A DNA stretch of 64,000 bases from Candidatus Limnocylindrus sp. (GCA_040397175.1 JBBAWM010000001.1:185976-249975), one strand, 5' to 3'. Positions 20,175 to 31,146 are shown, counted from the stretch's first letter. The notes: generated from the letters alone by a model not told the origin. Numbers and translations: made by a program.

Positions 20175-20819
20175 ATGGAAGCGAAGGTTTTCGGTCCGCT
20201 CTTCTCTCGCGTTGGGATCCTCCCGGCGGTCGCCGCCCAGGACGCTGCGGTCTTGTCGGCATGGGCCGACGCGGCGCTCGATGCCGGTGTGCCAGCGCTC
20301 GAGCTCTTTCTGCGTGGCGAGGGGGCCGAGGCTGCGGTGACTGCCGCGATCGCCTCCCTGCGCTCCAGCCATCCAACGCTCGCAATCGGCGCAGGGAGCG
20401 TCTACGACGCGGCAACGGCCCAGCGCATGATTGATGCGGGCGCGCAGTTCCTCGTCTCGCCGATCACCGATGCTGCAACGGGGGCGGTCGCCACCGCCGC
20501 CGGCGTCGATTGGCTCCCCGGCGCGCTCACGCCAACCGAGATCCATCTTGCTGAACGATCTGGCGCCACCTACGTGAAGCTGTTTCCCGCATCGGCGATC
20601 AACGCCCCGGCATTTATTCGCGCCACGCTGGCGCCGAACCCAACGAGCAAGATCGTGCCAACGAACGTCGGACTCGACGAGATCGCTGCGCTGGCGGCCG
20701 CGGGTGCCGCAGGGTTTGGCGTTGGGCCGCGACTCCTTGACGGCGCAGATCCGCGGAGCGCACCGGCGATCGCCGCTCGGTTGCGCGCCGCTCGCGAGGC
20801 GGCTGGACACCCCGCGTGA
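20175..20819 (+). CDS. KDPG/KHG aldolase-family protein
   Basis: GAGSV, GAQFLVSP, PGALTPTE, VKLFPA. Confidence 0.82.
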   Translation: MEAKVFGPLFSRVGILPAVAAQDAAVLSAWADAALDAGVPALELFLRGEGAEAAVTAAIASLRSSHPTLAIGAGSVYDAATAQRMIDAGAQFLVSPITDAATGAVATAAGVDWLPGALTPTEIHLAERSGATYVKLFPASAINAPAFIRATLAPNPTSKIVPTNVGLDEIAALAAAGAAGFGVGPRLLDGADPRSAPAIAARLRAAREAAGHPA

Positions 20820-22078
20820 CCGTCGACAACAGCGCACTTGCAACGTACGACCGAATCGACGGAGCACTGCCCGCACGCGTTGACCTTGTCGTGATTGGTG
20901 CGGGAGTCGCTGGCGCCGCCACCGCCTACTTCGCGGCGCGCGCTGGACTCCAAGTTCTCGTCATTGAGCGCCGCAGCAGCATCGCCTCACTCACCACCGC
21001 CGCAGCCACGGGCGCATTTCGCCTACAGCACGACAACGCCGATGAGCTCGCGCTCGTGCAGGAGGGCCTACCACTCTATTTGAACTTTGCCGAAGAGTCG
21101 GGGCTCACGGGCTGGAACCTTGACATTCGTCAGCAGGGATATCTCTTCTGCAGTCGCACCGCGGCGAGTGCCGCGAAGGGTCGCGAGCTGGTCGCGCTGC
21201 AACGAACGTTCGGTCTCACCGATGTGGAGCTGTTGAGCGGCGATGAGGCGCGAGTTCGCTGGCCGTACCTTTCCCCCGACATTCGACAGGTGCGCTTCCG
21301 TGCCGGAGATGGCTTCATTGACCAGGTCGCGCTGGCGAACGGCTATGCCGCGGCCTCGTCACACGCCGCACACATCAGCGGCGCCAGCGGCTCTGGCCGC
21401 GCCACCTATGCGTTGGAGACAACGGTCACTGGTTTCGTGCGCGATGCGAGCGGTGGCGTGACGGGAGTTACGACAAGTCGCGGCACCGTTCATGCCCCGC
21501 AAACAGTCATAGCCGCGGGGCCGTGGAGTGGCGTCGTCGCCAAACTTGCGGCACTCGATCTCCCAATCGCACCAACGATTCGCCAGAAGTTGGTGATTCC
21601 GAAACTGCCAGTGATTGACCAAATAGCGCCAATGACCATCGATGACGAAACGGGATCGCATTGGCGGCCGGCACTAGCTGGTGCGTATGCGTTGCGCACC
21701 GACCCAGCGACGCCCATCGGTGAGCCGCTCCTTGAAGTACCGACCGACGAGGCGATGGCCCACGCGCTCCTCGATCCCGCATCCCCAACTTCGCTCGCCC
21801 TGCTGGCGCCGTTCTGGCGCGACGTTTGGCGGGACGGCCCGCCGGCGTGGCATCTCCAAGCGGGACAATATGAATACACCCCAGATCACCGACCCTTCAT
21901 TGGGCCAACCGATCAGCCGGGACTCTTCGTCAACACTGGCTACTCAGGTCATGGGGTGATGTGTAGCGCTGGAGGAGCCCGGCGTACGGTTGAACTGCTG
22001 CTGGGGCGCGCCGCAGCGGCCGAGGAGCCGTTCCGCGTCGGTCGACCGATGGTTTCGCGCGCCCACGACGTTCTTTGA
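20816..22078 (+). CDS. FAD-dependent oxidoreductase (sarcosine oxidase beta/DAO-like)
   Basis: IGAGVAG, TPDHRPFIG, GYSGHG. Confidence 0.88.
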   Translation: MTVDNSALATYDRIDGALPARVDLVVIGAGVAGAATAYFAARAGLQVLVIERRSSIASLTTAAATGAFRLQHDNADELALVQEGLPLYLNFAEESGLTGWNLDIRQQGYLFCSRTAASAAKGRELVALQRTFGLTDVELLSGDEARVRWPYLSPDIRQVRFRAGDGFIDQVALANGYAAASSHAAHISGASGSGRATYALETTVTGFVRDASGGVTGVTTSRGTVHAPQTVIAAGPWSGVVAKLAALDLPIAPTIRQKLVIPKLPVIDQIAPMTIDDETGSHWRPALAGAYALRTDPATPIGEPLLEVPTDEAMAHALLDPASPTSLALLAPFWRDVWRDGPPAWHLQAGQYEYTPDHRPFIGPTDQPGLFVNTGYSGHGVMCSAGGARRTVELLLGRAAAAEEPFRVGRPMVSRAHDVL

Positions 22079-22109
22079 TCCCCCGCGCGGGCTCTGGTAG
22101 GCTGCATCC

Positions 22110-22229
22110 ATGACAAATAGCGCACGGCTCCTGACCCCAGCGTTCGGTGGTCTCCTTGTGCTCTTTGCTGACCTTATTGGGGGCATTAGCAACCTACTCG
22201 GGTTGCTTATTCAGCCCCGGCGGGGCTGA
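22110..22229 (+). CDS. ilv-leu operon leader peptide, 39 aa (absent from the ORF track)
   Basis: MTNSARLLTPAFGGLLVLFADLIGGISNLLGLLIQPRRG*; 10 Leu, 3 Ile, 1 Val; TAGGCT box 6 nt before the ATG. Confidence 0.85.
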   Translation: MTNSARLLTPAFGGLLVLFADLIGGISNLLGLLIQPRRG

Positions 22230-22271
22230 GGAGACCAGAGGCGCGGAACCACCGCCCGAAGGAAACTTCAG

Positions 22272-22302
22272 AACCCCGCCGAAGAGGCGGGGTTTTTTAT
22301 TT
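22272..22302 (+). terminator. Attenuator terminator of the ilvB leader
   Basis: AACCCCGCC-gaaga-GGCGGGGTT followed by a T tract; GGCGGGG at 22219-22225 can pair with CCCCGCC as antiterminator. Confidence 0.9.
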
Positions 22303-22353
22303 GCGAAGGCAACACAGTAAGGAACAGAGCAAGGAAGAAGCGAAGGGGGATCG

Positions 22354-24252
22354 ATGACACAGGCAGGGCACGTTCCAGGCGCAGGGAGCTCCGCGGCCAG
22401 TGCTTCGGAGCGCGCGCGACGCGACATGTTGCGTGATGCACGCATCACCGCTCGGGGCGGCGCACGCCCACGCATCGGCGCTGACGCACTCTGCGAGGCG
22501 ATCCTGCTGCAGGGGAGCGACACTATCTGGGGCTACCCGGGTGGCGTGATCCTTCCGCTCTACGACGTACTCGTCGACCACCCCGCACTGCGCCACATCC
22601 TGGTCCGACATGAACAGGCCGCCTCGCACGCCGCAGACGGCTACGCCCGCGCTTCAGGAAAGGTGGGCGTTTGCCTCGGAACCTCAGGCCCTGGTGCGAC
22701 CAACCTCGTCACCGGCATCGGCACCGCCATGCTCGATTCGGTGCCCGTGGTGGTGATTACGGGAAACGTTCCAAATGCGCTCATTGGCAAGGATGCCTTC
22801 CAAGAGATCGATATCACTGGCATCACGTTGCCAATGACCAAGCACAACTACCTCGTGCGTACCGCAGATGAGATCCCGTATGCAATCGCCGAAGCGTTCC
22901 ACTTGGCACGTAGTGGGCGACCGGGGCCGGTGCACGTGGATATCACCAAAGATGCGTTGATGGGCGCAACCGATGCGCCTCACCCAACCGCCGCCGACAT
23001 TGAGGCCGGGCTGCCCGGCTATAAACCGAAGCTCGACGGCCACCCACGACAGATCAAGTTGCTCGCCGAGGCGATCGCCGGGGCGAAGCGACCAGTCATC
23101 CTTGCGGGGCACGGTGTCTTGATTGCTGGCGCCGAGCGCGAGCTGCTCGAGTTGGCGCGTGCAGCGCAGATTCCAATCACCTGGACACTCCTCGGCATCG
23201 GGGTTGTCGATGAGACCGATCCGCTCGCGTACGGCTACATGGGAATGCACGGCTGGAAGCACGTGAATCGCGCGATCCAGTCCGCCGATCTCTTGATCGG
23301 TATCGGCATGCGCTTTGATGACCGTGTCACAGGGAACGTGCGTACCTACGCACCGAAGGCGAAGATTGCGCACATTGACATTGATCCCGCAGAGATCGGC
23401 AAGAACGTGGTCGCCGATCTACCGATCGTGGGCGATGCGAAGCACGTGCTTGATGCGCTCCTTCCACTCGTTACCAAGGTTGATCCAGCCATCCGCGCCG
23501 ACTACTTTGCCGAACTGGCCACGTGGCGCACGGAGAGCGAAGGCTCGTCGTGGCACGGCTCAGGTGGATTCCGTGACGGTGTCCTCTCCGCCGACTTTGT
23601 GGTGGACCGCATCGCGGCCGGCTCCGGCTTCGATGCGAACCTGACCGCCGACGTTGGGCAGAACCAGATGTGGGTCGCCCGCTACGGCGGCTTCCGCCGC
23701 GCCAATTCACACATCTCGTCAGGTGGCCTCGGCACGATGGGCTTTGCCCTGCCCGCGGCGATGGGCGCCGCGGTTGCCGTGCCAGGAAAGGTTTCGTGGG
23801 CCATCGCTGGTGATGGTGGTTTCCAGATGACCCTGCAGGAGCTGGCCACGATCGTGCAAGAGCGCATCCCTGTGAAGATCGCGCTCATGGACAACAAGAA
23901 GCTCGGCATGATTCGCCAGTGGCAAGAGATTGTGTACGCCGGGAACTACCACTCAGAGCAGTTGGCGGGACCGGACTACCTAAAGCTTTGTGAGGCGTAC
24001 GGCCTTCCAGCTTGGAAGGTCGCCAAGCCTGAGGATGTCGATGCGGCGGTCGCCGCGGCACTCGCCGCCGATGGGCCAGCGCTGATCTGGTTCGAGATTG
24101 CCGAGCGACAGAACGTTTATCCGATGATGCCGGCGGGTAAGGGACTCTCCGACCTGATCGACAAGTGGGGCGATGATGGCGAGGACGTGACCGAGGGTGA
24201 CACCGGGCCGCGCGTTGACCCAATGAACCCTACCGACGGGGGCGTGAAGTGA
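22354..24252 (+). CDS. ilvB: Acetolactate synthase large subunit
   Basis: GYPGG, RHEQ, TSGPGATN, GMHG, GDGGFQM. Confidence 0.96.
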   Translation: MTQAGHVPGAGSSAASASERARRDMLRDARITARGGARPRIGADALCEAILLQGSDTIWGYPGGVILPLYDVLVDHPALRHILVRHEQAASHAADGYARASGKVGVCLGTSGPGATNLVTGIGTAMLDSVPVVVITGNVPNALIGKDAFQEIDITGITLPMTKHNYLVRTADEIPYAIAEAFHLARSGRPGPVHVDITKDALMGATDAPHPTAADIEAGLPGYKPKLDGHPRQIKLLAEAIAGAKRPVILAGHGVLIAGAERELLELARAAQIPITWTLLGIGVVDETDPLAYGYMGMHGWKHVNRAIQSADLLIGIGMRFDDRVTGNVRTYAPKAKIAHIDIDPAEIGKNVVADLPIVGDAKHVLDALLPLVTKVDPAIRADYFAELATWRTESEGSSWHGSGGFRDGVLSADFVVDRIAAGSGFDANLTADVGQNQMWVARYGGFRRANSHISSGGLGTMGFALPAAMGAAVAVPGKVSWAIAGDGGFQMTLQELATIVQERIPVKIALMDNKKLGMIRQWQEIVYAGNYHSEQLAGPDYLKLCEAYGLPAWKVAKPEDVDAAVAAALAADGPALIWFEIAERQNVYPMMPAGKGLSDLIDKWGDDGEDVTEGDTGPRVDPMNPTDGGVK

Positions 24253-24800
24253 GCGGCGGCGCCTTGGCACGCTCGCTCCCAGGTTCAGGCGAGGAGCGCC
24301 GTCACTTGATCGTGGCGATCGTCAACAACAAGCCGGGTGTGCTGAATCGTGTGGCGAGCCTGATGCGCGCGCGTAACTTCAACATTGAGTCGCTCGCCGT
24401 TTCAGTGACGGAGCGGAGCGATACGTCGCGCATGACGCTCACGATCGTGGGCGATGAGGTGCATGTGGAGCAGGCAGCGAAGCAGCTCTACAAGCTGATC
24501 GATGTGCTGAAGGTCCAAGATGTGACCGACGACTCGATCGTTGAGCACGAATTTGCCCTGATCAAGGTGCGGGCAACCAAGCGAACGCGCCCCGAGATCG
24601 TGAGCGTGGCAGAGATGCATCGGTCCAAGGTCGTCGACCTTGGTGATGAGGCGGTAATCGTCGAGGCGGTTGGGGAGCCCACCGAGATCGACACGTTGGT
24701 CGAACTCCTTCGAGGGTTCGGAATCAAGGAGCTGGTGCGAACTGGCTCAGTAGTGATGTCCCGCGGCAACGGGTCAATTGAGGAGCAGGTGAAGCGATGA
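24249..24800 (+). CDS. ilvH: Acetolactate synthase small subunit
   Basis: NKPGVLNRV, NIESL, KQLYKLIDV, ELVRTG. Confidence 0.94.
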   Translation: MSGGALARSLPGSGEERRHLIVAIVNNKPGVLNRVASLMRARNFNIESLAVSVTERSDTSRMTLTIVGDEVHVEQAAKQLYKLIDVLKVQDVTDDSIVEHEFALIKVRATKRTRPEIVSVAEMHRSKVVDLGDEAVIVEAVGEPTEIDTLVELLRGFGIKELVRTGSVVMSRGNGSIEEQVKR

Positions 24801-25846
24801 GCGTAAAGATGTACTACAGCGCCGAGGCGCCAATCGAGGCCCTGAAGGGGCAGGTGATCGCCGTGATCGGCTACGGCAGCCAGGGGCACGCCCACGCTCG
24901 CAACCTGAAGGAGTCGGGGCTCACCGTAATCATCGGCCTGAAGGAGGGCTCTAAGAGCCGCGCCGTTGCCGCCGCTGACGGCTTCGAGGTCTTCACCGCC
25001 GCCGAGGCAACGAAGCGCGCCGACGTGGTGATGATCGCCGCGCCAGACACGGCGCAGAAGGCGCTCTACGACACCGAGATCGCTGGCAACTTGAAGAAGG
25101 GTGCGCTCCTCCTCTTCGCCCACGGCTTCAACATTCACTTCGGTCGCATCAAGCCGGCCGAAGGGACCGACGTTGGCATGATTGCGCCGAAGGGCCCAGG
25201 CCACCTTGTGCGTTCGGTCTACGTATCGGGTGGCGGCGTGCCAGCGCTCTTCGCCGTTGGGCAAGAGGCAACCGGCACGGCACGCGCCCGCGTCATGGCA
25301 TACGCCAATGGGCTCGGTTGCACCCGCGCCGGCATCATGGAGACGACCTTCAAGGATGAGACCGAGAGCGATCTCTTCGGCGAACAGGCCGTGCTCTGCG
25401 GCGGCACCGCGCAGCTCGTCAAGAGCGCGTGGGAGACGCTCGTCGAGGGTGGCTACGATCCAGAGCTTGCCTACTTCGAGACGATGCACGAGCTGAAGCT
25501 CATTGTTGACTTGATGTATCGCGGTGGACTCGACTTCATGCGCTTCTCCGTCTCCGATACGGCAGAGTGGGGTGACTACACCTCTGGCCCGCGCATCATT
25601 GATGCGTCGGTGAAGGCACGCATGAAGGAGGTGCTCACCGAGATTCAGGACGGCACCTTCGCCAAGCGCTGGATCGCCGAAGACGAAGCTGGCCGCCCAG
25701 AGTACAAGCGCCTGCGCGCTGCGAACTCGGGCCACCCAATTGAGAAGGTGGGCAAGGCGCTGCGCCACCAGATGACCTTCTTGAATCCAGTCGAGGTCGA
25801 CATGGATGGCGCACAGGGCGCCGCGGAGAAGGGCGTTGGCAAGTGA
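24797..25846 (+). CDS. ilvC: Ketol-acid reductoisomerase
   Basis: GYGSQGHAHA, APKGPG, DLFGEQAVLCGG. Confidence 0.97.
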   Translation: MSVKMYYSAEAPIEALKGQVIAVIGYGSQGHAHARNLKESGLTVIIGLKEGSKSRAVAAADGFEVFTAAEATKRADVVMIAAPDTAQKALYDTEIAGNLKKGALLLFAHGFNIHFGRIKPAEGTDVGMIAPKGPGHLVRSVYVSGGGVPALFAVGQEATGTARARVMAYANGLGCTRAGIMETTFKDETESDLFGEQAVLCGGTAQLVKSAWETLVEGGYDPELAYFETMHELKLIVDLMYRGGLDFMRFSVSDTAEWGDYTSGPRIIDASVKARMKEVLTEIQDGTFAKRWIAEDEAGRPEYKRLRAANSGHPIEKVGKALRHQMTFLNPVEVDMDGAQGAAEKGVGK

Positions 25847-27483
25847 ACGGGGCACCAGGCCCTGGCGTCGCAACCGGCGCGGTTCGCATCTTTGACACCA
25901 CCCTGCGCGATGGTGAGCAGGCGCCAGGTGCTGGCCTCACCGTTGCCGAGAAGCTGGAGGTTGCTCGGCAGCTCGCCAAGCTGAAGGTTGACGTCATTGA
26001 GGCGGGCTTCCCCGCCGCATCCGAAGGCGACTTTGAGGCGGTGCGACAGATCGCCCTCGCCACGAAGGGGATCGGCATCGCCGCTCTTGCCCGCTGCAAG
26101 GATGGCGATCCGCAGCGTGCCATCGACGCGATCAAGGTGTCGGATCGACCACACCTGCATCTCTTTATCGCCACCTCCGACATTCACCTCACCCACAAGC
26201 TGCGCACCACCCGCGAGGCGGCCCTCGCCGAGGCGGTGAAGTGGGTGAAGTACGCGCGCGAGAAGCTCGGTCGCGATGCTGAGGTGGAGTTCTCCGCCGA
26301 AGATGCAAGCCGCACCGATCACGACTACCTGCTGCAGGTTTACGAGGCGGTTGTAGAGGCTGGCGCCTCTACCGTCAACATCCCCGACACGGTCGGCTAT
26401 GCCATTCCGTCGGAGTACGCCGCACTGACGAAGCTGGTGGTTGATCGCGTTGGGCGCGACGCCACGATCAGCGTTCACTGCCATAACGACCTCGGCCTCG
26501 CGACGGCCAACACGTTGGCGGCGGTGCAGGCTGGCGCACGACAGGTTGAGGTGACCATCAACGGACTCGGCGAGCGCGCTGGAAACGCCTCGCTTGAAGA
26601 GGTGGTGATGGCGCTGCGCACCCGACCGGGGCAGTTTGAGTCACATGACATTCATGTGCAGACCGAACAGCTCACGTCGGCGAGCAGACTCGTCTCGTAT
26701 CTGACCGGTTTCGCGGTGCAGCCGAACAAGGCGATCGTCGGCGCGAATGCATTTGCGCATGAGTCGGGGATCCATCAGGACGGCGTGTTGAAGAATCCGC
26801 TCACCTACGAAATCATGACGCCGCAGTCGGTTGGGCTGCTCGGATCCAGCCTCACCATCGGCAAGCTCTCAGGGCGTCGTGGCTTGCAGGCAAAGTTCGC
26901 CGAGCTCGGTCACGACCTCAGCGGCGAGGCGCTCGATGCCCTCTACCGCGAGGCGATCGCCCTGGCCGACGTAAAGAAGGAGTTGACCGACGCTGATCTG
27001 CTTGCGCTCGTCGACAAGCGCGCCGCTACCGGGAGCGCTGCAACGATTGAGCTCTTGGACTGGAGCGTTGCCAGCTCACGCGGCGGCGGCTCATCGGGTC
27101 GCGTCGAGGTTCGCGTGAACGGGGTCGAGGCTACGGCCGAGTCCACCGGCAACGGACCGGTAGATGCGCTCTATGAGGCGCTTGATAAGGCGGTGACCCC
27201 AACCCTCGGCTGGCGACCAATCCTCGCCGAGTACGAGATTCGTGCGGTCAGCGAGGGCGAAGACGCCCAGGGTCAGGTGACGGCGAAGTGTCGCCGCTCT
27301 ACCGATCTTGATGCAGAGGGGAAGCCACTTCCGAACGTGCCGATCGTCACGGGGCAGGGCCTCTCCACGAACATCATCGATGCGTCACTCGTCGCCTACG
27401 TCTCTGCAGCGAACAAGCTCGCTGCGCTCGAGTCGGGGTCGGCAAGCGCGCCAACGAAGGGATCGCGCGAGGCGATGCAGTGA
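25843..27483 (+). CDS. leuA: 2-isopropylmalate synthase
   Basis: [32 protein letters not shown]. Confidence 0.95.
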   Translation: MNGAPGPGVATGAVRIFDTTLRDGEQAPGAGLTVAEKLEVARQLAKLKVDVIEAGFPAASEGDFEAVRQIALATKGIGIAALARCKDGDPQRAIDAIKVSDRPHLHLFIATSDIHLTHKLRTTREAALAEAVKWVKYAREKLGRDAEVEFSAEDASRTDHDYLLQVYEAVVEAGASTVNIPDTVGYAIPSEYAALTKLVVDRVGRDATISVHCHNDLGLATANTLAAVQAGARQVEVTINGLGERAGNASLEEVVMALRTRPGQFESHDIHVQTEQLTSASRLVSYLTGFAVQPNKAIVGANAFAHESGIHQDGVLKNPLTYEIMTPQSVGLLGSSLTIGKLSGRRGLQAKFAELGHDLSGEALDALYREAIALADVKKELTDADLLALVDKRAATGSAATIELLDWSVASSRGGGSSGRVEVRVNGVEATAESTGNGPVDALYEALDKAVTPTLGWRPILAEYEIRAVSEGEDAQGQVTAKCRRSTDLDAEGKPLPNVPIVTGQGLSTNIIDASLVAYVSAANKLAALESGSASAPTKGSREAMQ

Positions 27484-28655
27484 GCGAGACTCTAACGGCA
27501 CCACTCTTCTCGGCGCTGCGCGACGGTGCTGCAGATCACCTGATCGTCACCATCCCCGGTGATGGTGTTGGGCCCGATGTGGTGGCGGCTGCGCGTCGAG
27601 TGCTCGACGCAGCGGGCTCGAAGTTTGGCTTCAAGCTCGCCTGGCGCGAGATCTTGGCTGGCGGCTGCGCCATTGACGCCTATGGCGTTGCCGTTCGCGA
27701 AGAGGACCTGCTGGTGGCCGATACCGCTGACGCGCTGCTCCTTGGAGCGGTTGGCGGACCAAAGTGGGACAACCCGAACGGCACTGTTCGACCGGAACAG
27801 GCACTCTTCGCATTCCGCACGCGCTACGAACTCTTTGCCAATTTGCGCCCCGTCACGATTTACCCAGAGCTCGCCGACGCCTCACCGCTGAAGGCCGAGC
27901 GCCTGAAGGGCGTGGATATGTTGATGGTGCGCGAACTTACGGGCGGCCTCTACTTCGGCAAGCCGTCGGGTGAAGAGGTGACACCAACAGGGCGCCGCGC
28001 GGTTGACACGCTCCCGTATCACGAGGATGAAATTCATCGTGTTGCTGTGATTGCGTTTGAACTTGCGCGCACACGACGAAAGTCGGTGACCTCCGTCGAC
28101 AAGGCGAACGTCCTCTCCACGAGTCGCCTCTGGCGCAAGGTTGTCACCGAGGTTGGCGCGGACTACCCCGATGTGAAGTTGGAACATCGCCTGGTCGATT
28201 CCACCGCAATGCTCCTTGCAACCTGGCCAGCCACCTTCGATGTCGTCGTCACCGAGAACCTCTTCGGCGACATCCTTTCTGATGAGGCGGCCGTACTCGC
28301 CGGGTCACTCGGCATGCTCCCGTCGGCCTCGCTCGGTGCACGCCGCACGGCGCACGGCACCTTCGGTCTCTACGAGCCGATCCACGGCTCCGCCCCCGAC
28401 ATTGCGGGGAAGAACCTGGCAAACCCGATCGGCACGATCCTCTCGGGGGCGATGCTGCTGCGCGAGTCGATCGGTCGCACCGATGCGGCAGTCGCCATTG
28501 AGCAGGCCGTTGCCAACGCCATTCGTATGGGCGTGCGCACCGCCGACCTTGCCCCAGGGCTCGATGCCGCAGGCGCACGCGCCGCTGGCTTCACCCTTGC
28601 CGGCACCCGCGAGGCGACCGACGCCATCGTGGAGCAGTTGCTGAGCCTGAAGTGA
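27480..28655 (+). CDS. leuB: 3-isopropylmalate dehydrogenase
   Basis: GDGVGP, RELTGGLYFG, VDKANVL, NLFGDILSD, EPIHGSAPDIAG. Confidence 0.96.
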   Translation: MSETLTAPLFSALRDGAADHLIVTIPGDGVGPDVVAAARRVLDAAGSKFGFKLAWREILAGGCAIDAYGVAVREEDLLVADTADALLLGAVGGPKWDNPNGTVRPEQALFAFRTRYELFANLRPVTIYPELADASPLKAERLKGVDMLMVRELTGGLYFGKPSGEEVTPTGRRAVDTLPYHEDEIHRVAVIAFELARTRRKSVTSVDKANVLSTSRLWRKVVTEVGADYPDVKLEHRLVDSTAMLLATWPATFDVVVTENLFGDILSDEAAVLAGSLGMLPSASLGARRTAHGTFGLYEPIHGSAPDIAGKNLANPIGTILSGAMLLRESIGRTDAAVAIEQAVANAIRMGVRTADLAPGLDAAGARAAGFTLAGTREATDAIVEQLLSLK

Positions 28656-30313
28656 CCATGGGTGGCAGTGCGGCTGACCGCGAGCTGGTCCTGCTATATG
28701 ACACGACGCTGCGCGATGGGGCACAGAGCGAGGGGCTGATCCTTTCGCTGCAAGACAAGCTGCGGATCGCCCGCGCGCTCGACGAGTTCGGCATGTTGGC
28801 GATTGAGGGCGGATGGCCAGGCTCCAATCCAAAGGACATTGAGTTCTTCGCGGCGGCGAAGAAGATCCGCTGGGAGCGTGCGCGACTTGCCGCGTTCGGC
28901 AGCACGCGCCACAAGTCGAACAAGCCTGGTGACGACGCCAACCTGAACGCGCTCCTTGACGCCGAGACGCCGATCGTCACGATCTTCGGCAAGAGCTGGA
29001 CCCTGCACGTGGAGGCGGTCCTGGAAGCGTCGCGCGCCGAGAACCTCGCCATGATTTCGGAGAGCGTCGCCTACATCGCCGATCGCGGACGCGAGATGGT
29101 CTACGACGCCGAGCACTTCTTCGACGGCTTCGAGGCCGATCGCGACTATGCGCTCGACACGCTGCGTGCTGCGCGTGACGCTGGCGCCTCTACGCTTGTT
29201 CTCTGCGACACCAATGGCGGCACCCTTACCAGCCGCATGTCTGAGATCGTGACGGATGCGCGCGCGACGCTGGCCGCTGACGCGGCGGCGAAAGAGATCG
29301 TCTGGGGGATCCACACACACAACGACGCCGAGCTCGCGGTGGCGAATGCCCTTGCAGCGGTAGATGCTGGCGTGCGCCATGTGCAGGCCACCATCAACGG
29401 CTACGGCGAGCGCGCGGGAAACGCGAACATGGTGTCGCTGCTCGCAAACCTCGCCCTCAAGACACAGCACAGCGTTGCCGGCGCCGATCGCCTGGCCGAC
29501 CTCTCGCACCTCTCCCACGAGGTGGCTGAGATTGCGAACCTCGCCCCCGACGACCACCAGCCCTATGTGGGCCGCTCGGCGTTCGCCCACAAGGGCGGCG
29601 TGCACGGCGCGGCCCAGGTCAAGACGCCACGCGCCTACCAACACATCGATCCAGCCCTGGTTGGCAACCGCGGGCGACTCGTTGTCTCGGAGCTGGGCGG
29701 CAAAGCCAACACGGGGAGCCGAGCTGCCGAACTCGGCGTTGAGTTGGCCAACTCAGGGCTCGATTCGAAGACCCTCTCGACGCTCGTCAAGGAGATGGAG
29801 GCGGGCGGCGCGAGCTACGAGGGTGCTGAGGCCTCGTTCCAACTGCTCGTGGAGCGCCATCGCCCCACCTACGTCGCCCCATTCACCATCGTCGACTTCA
29901 CCGTGATCGTGGAGCAGCGTGAGGGTGCACCGGGGCGCGCCGAAGCGACGGTGCGCGTCGAGGTTGCCGGAGAGCGCCTCCATACCGCTGCCGACGGCAA
30001 CGGCCCAGTGAACGCGCTCGACCGCGCGCTGCGCAAGGCGCTCGGTGCCTTCTACCCACAGCTCGACTCCGTGCACCTGGTTGACTACAAGGTGCGCATC
30101 CTCGATGGCACATCAGCCACCGGAGCCAAGACGCGCGTGGTAATTGATTCTGTTGCTGACGGCGAAACCTGGTCAACGATGGGCGTTGGCGAGAACATCA
30201 TCTCCGCCTCGGCCGCGGCCCTTGCCGACTCACTCGAGTACGCACTACGCGTGCAGGGCGGTGAAGTGTCACGTCGCTCAGAGCGCGACACGGTGAACGG
30301 ACCACCTTCATGA
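28652..30313 (+). CDS. cimA: Citramalate synthase
   Basis: DTTLRDGAQSEG, EGGWPGSNPKD, DAEHFFDG, AFAHKGGVH, YKVRIL. Confidence 0.9.
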   Translation: MTMGGSAADRELVLLYDTTLRDGAQSEGLILSLQDKLRIARALDEFGMLAIEGGWPGSNPKDIEFFAAAKKIRWERARLAAFGSTRHKSNKPGDDANLNALLDAETPIVTIFGKSWTLHVEAVLEASRAENLAMISESVAYIADRGREMVYDAEHFFDGFEADRDYALDTLRAARDAGASTLVLCDTNGGTLTSRMSEIVTDARATLAADAAAKEIVWGIHTHNDAELAVANALAAVDAGVRHVQATINGYGERAGNANMVSLLANLALKTQHSVAGADRLADLSHLSHEVAEIANLAPDDHQPYVGRSAFAHKGGVHGAAQVKTPRAYQHIDPALVGNRGRLVVSELGGKANTGSRAAELGVELANSGLDSKTLSTLVKEMEAGGASYEGAEASFQLLVERHRPTYVAPFTIVDFTVIVEQREGAPGRAEATVRVEVAGERLHTAADGNGPVNALDRALRKALGAFYPQLDSVHLVDYKVRILDGTSATGAKTRVVIDSVADGETWSTMGVGENIISASAAALADSLEYALRVQGGEVSRRSERDTVNGPPS

Positions 30314-31146
30314 GCGAGGCGATCGCCTACGCTGGCGAACCAGGAGCGTTCGCCGAGGATGCACTCCTCGCTTATTTCGGTGCCGAAGCTCCATCACTGA
30401 GCGTCACCTCATTCGGAGACGTTCGGGCAGCGGTACTCGATGGGCGAGCAGCGTACGGGACCCTGCCGATTGAGAATCTGATCAATGGCACCGTGCGCGA
30501 GACTCTCGACCTGCTGCGCGACGGCGCACTCGAGATCGTGGGCGAAGTGGTGGTGCCAGTCTCGCTCGTCCTTGCCGCCCTTCCTGGTGTGACGCTTGAG
30601 CAGGTGGAGCGGGTCTACAGCCACGCGCAGGCACTCGCACAGGCCGAGGAGTATCTCCGTAGCCGACCCTGGGCACTTCTCACGACGTACAACACGGCGG
30701 GGGCCGGAGCAATGATCCGCGAGCGCGGTGAGCGCGATGCTGCCGCTGTCCTCTCGCCACGTGCCGCAGTGATTCATGGCCTCACACCACTCACCGGCCC
30801 AATCGAAGGGGTGCAGGGGAACCGCACGCGCTTCTGGATCGTGCAGCGAGCGGGTGGGGCAGCACGGCACGCCGAGGCCGGCCCAGCGCGCACCACACTC
30901 CTCGTCGGCCTGCGCAACGAGCCAGGCACCCTCCTTGCCGCACTGGCGGTGATTGCCAAGGCGGGCGTGAACATCAGCAAGTTGGAGTCACGCCCGAATC
31001 GGGTCGGGGAGTGGGAGTACATCTTCTGGCTTGATCTCGACGGCGCGGCCGACTCACCCGAGATTCTTGGCGTGATGCAGGGGCTCGCCGACGTGACGCT
31101 GGAGCGCCGCATCCTCGGCAGCTACCCACGAGGCGAGGCACTCTAA
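30310..31146 (+). CDS. pheA: Prephenate dehydratase (monofunctional, with ACT domain)
   Basis: PIEN, SHAQALAQ, NRTRF, KLESRP. Confidence 0.9.
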   Translation: MSEAIAYAGEPGAFAEDALLAYFGAEAPSLSVTSFGDVRAAVLDGRAAYGTLPIENLINGTVRETLDLLRDGALEIVGEVVVPVSLVLAALPGVTLEQVERVYSHAQALAQAEEYLRSRPWALLTTYNTAGAGAMIRERGERDAAAVLSPRAAVIHGLTPLTGPIEGVQGNRTRFWIVQRAGGAARHAEAGPARTTLLVGLRNEPGTLLAALAVIAKAGVNISKLESRPNRVGEWEYIFWLDLDGAADSPEILGVMQGLADVTLERRILGSYPRGEAL

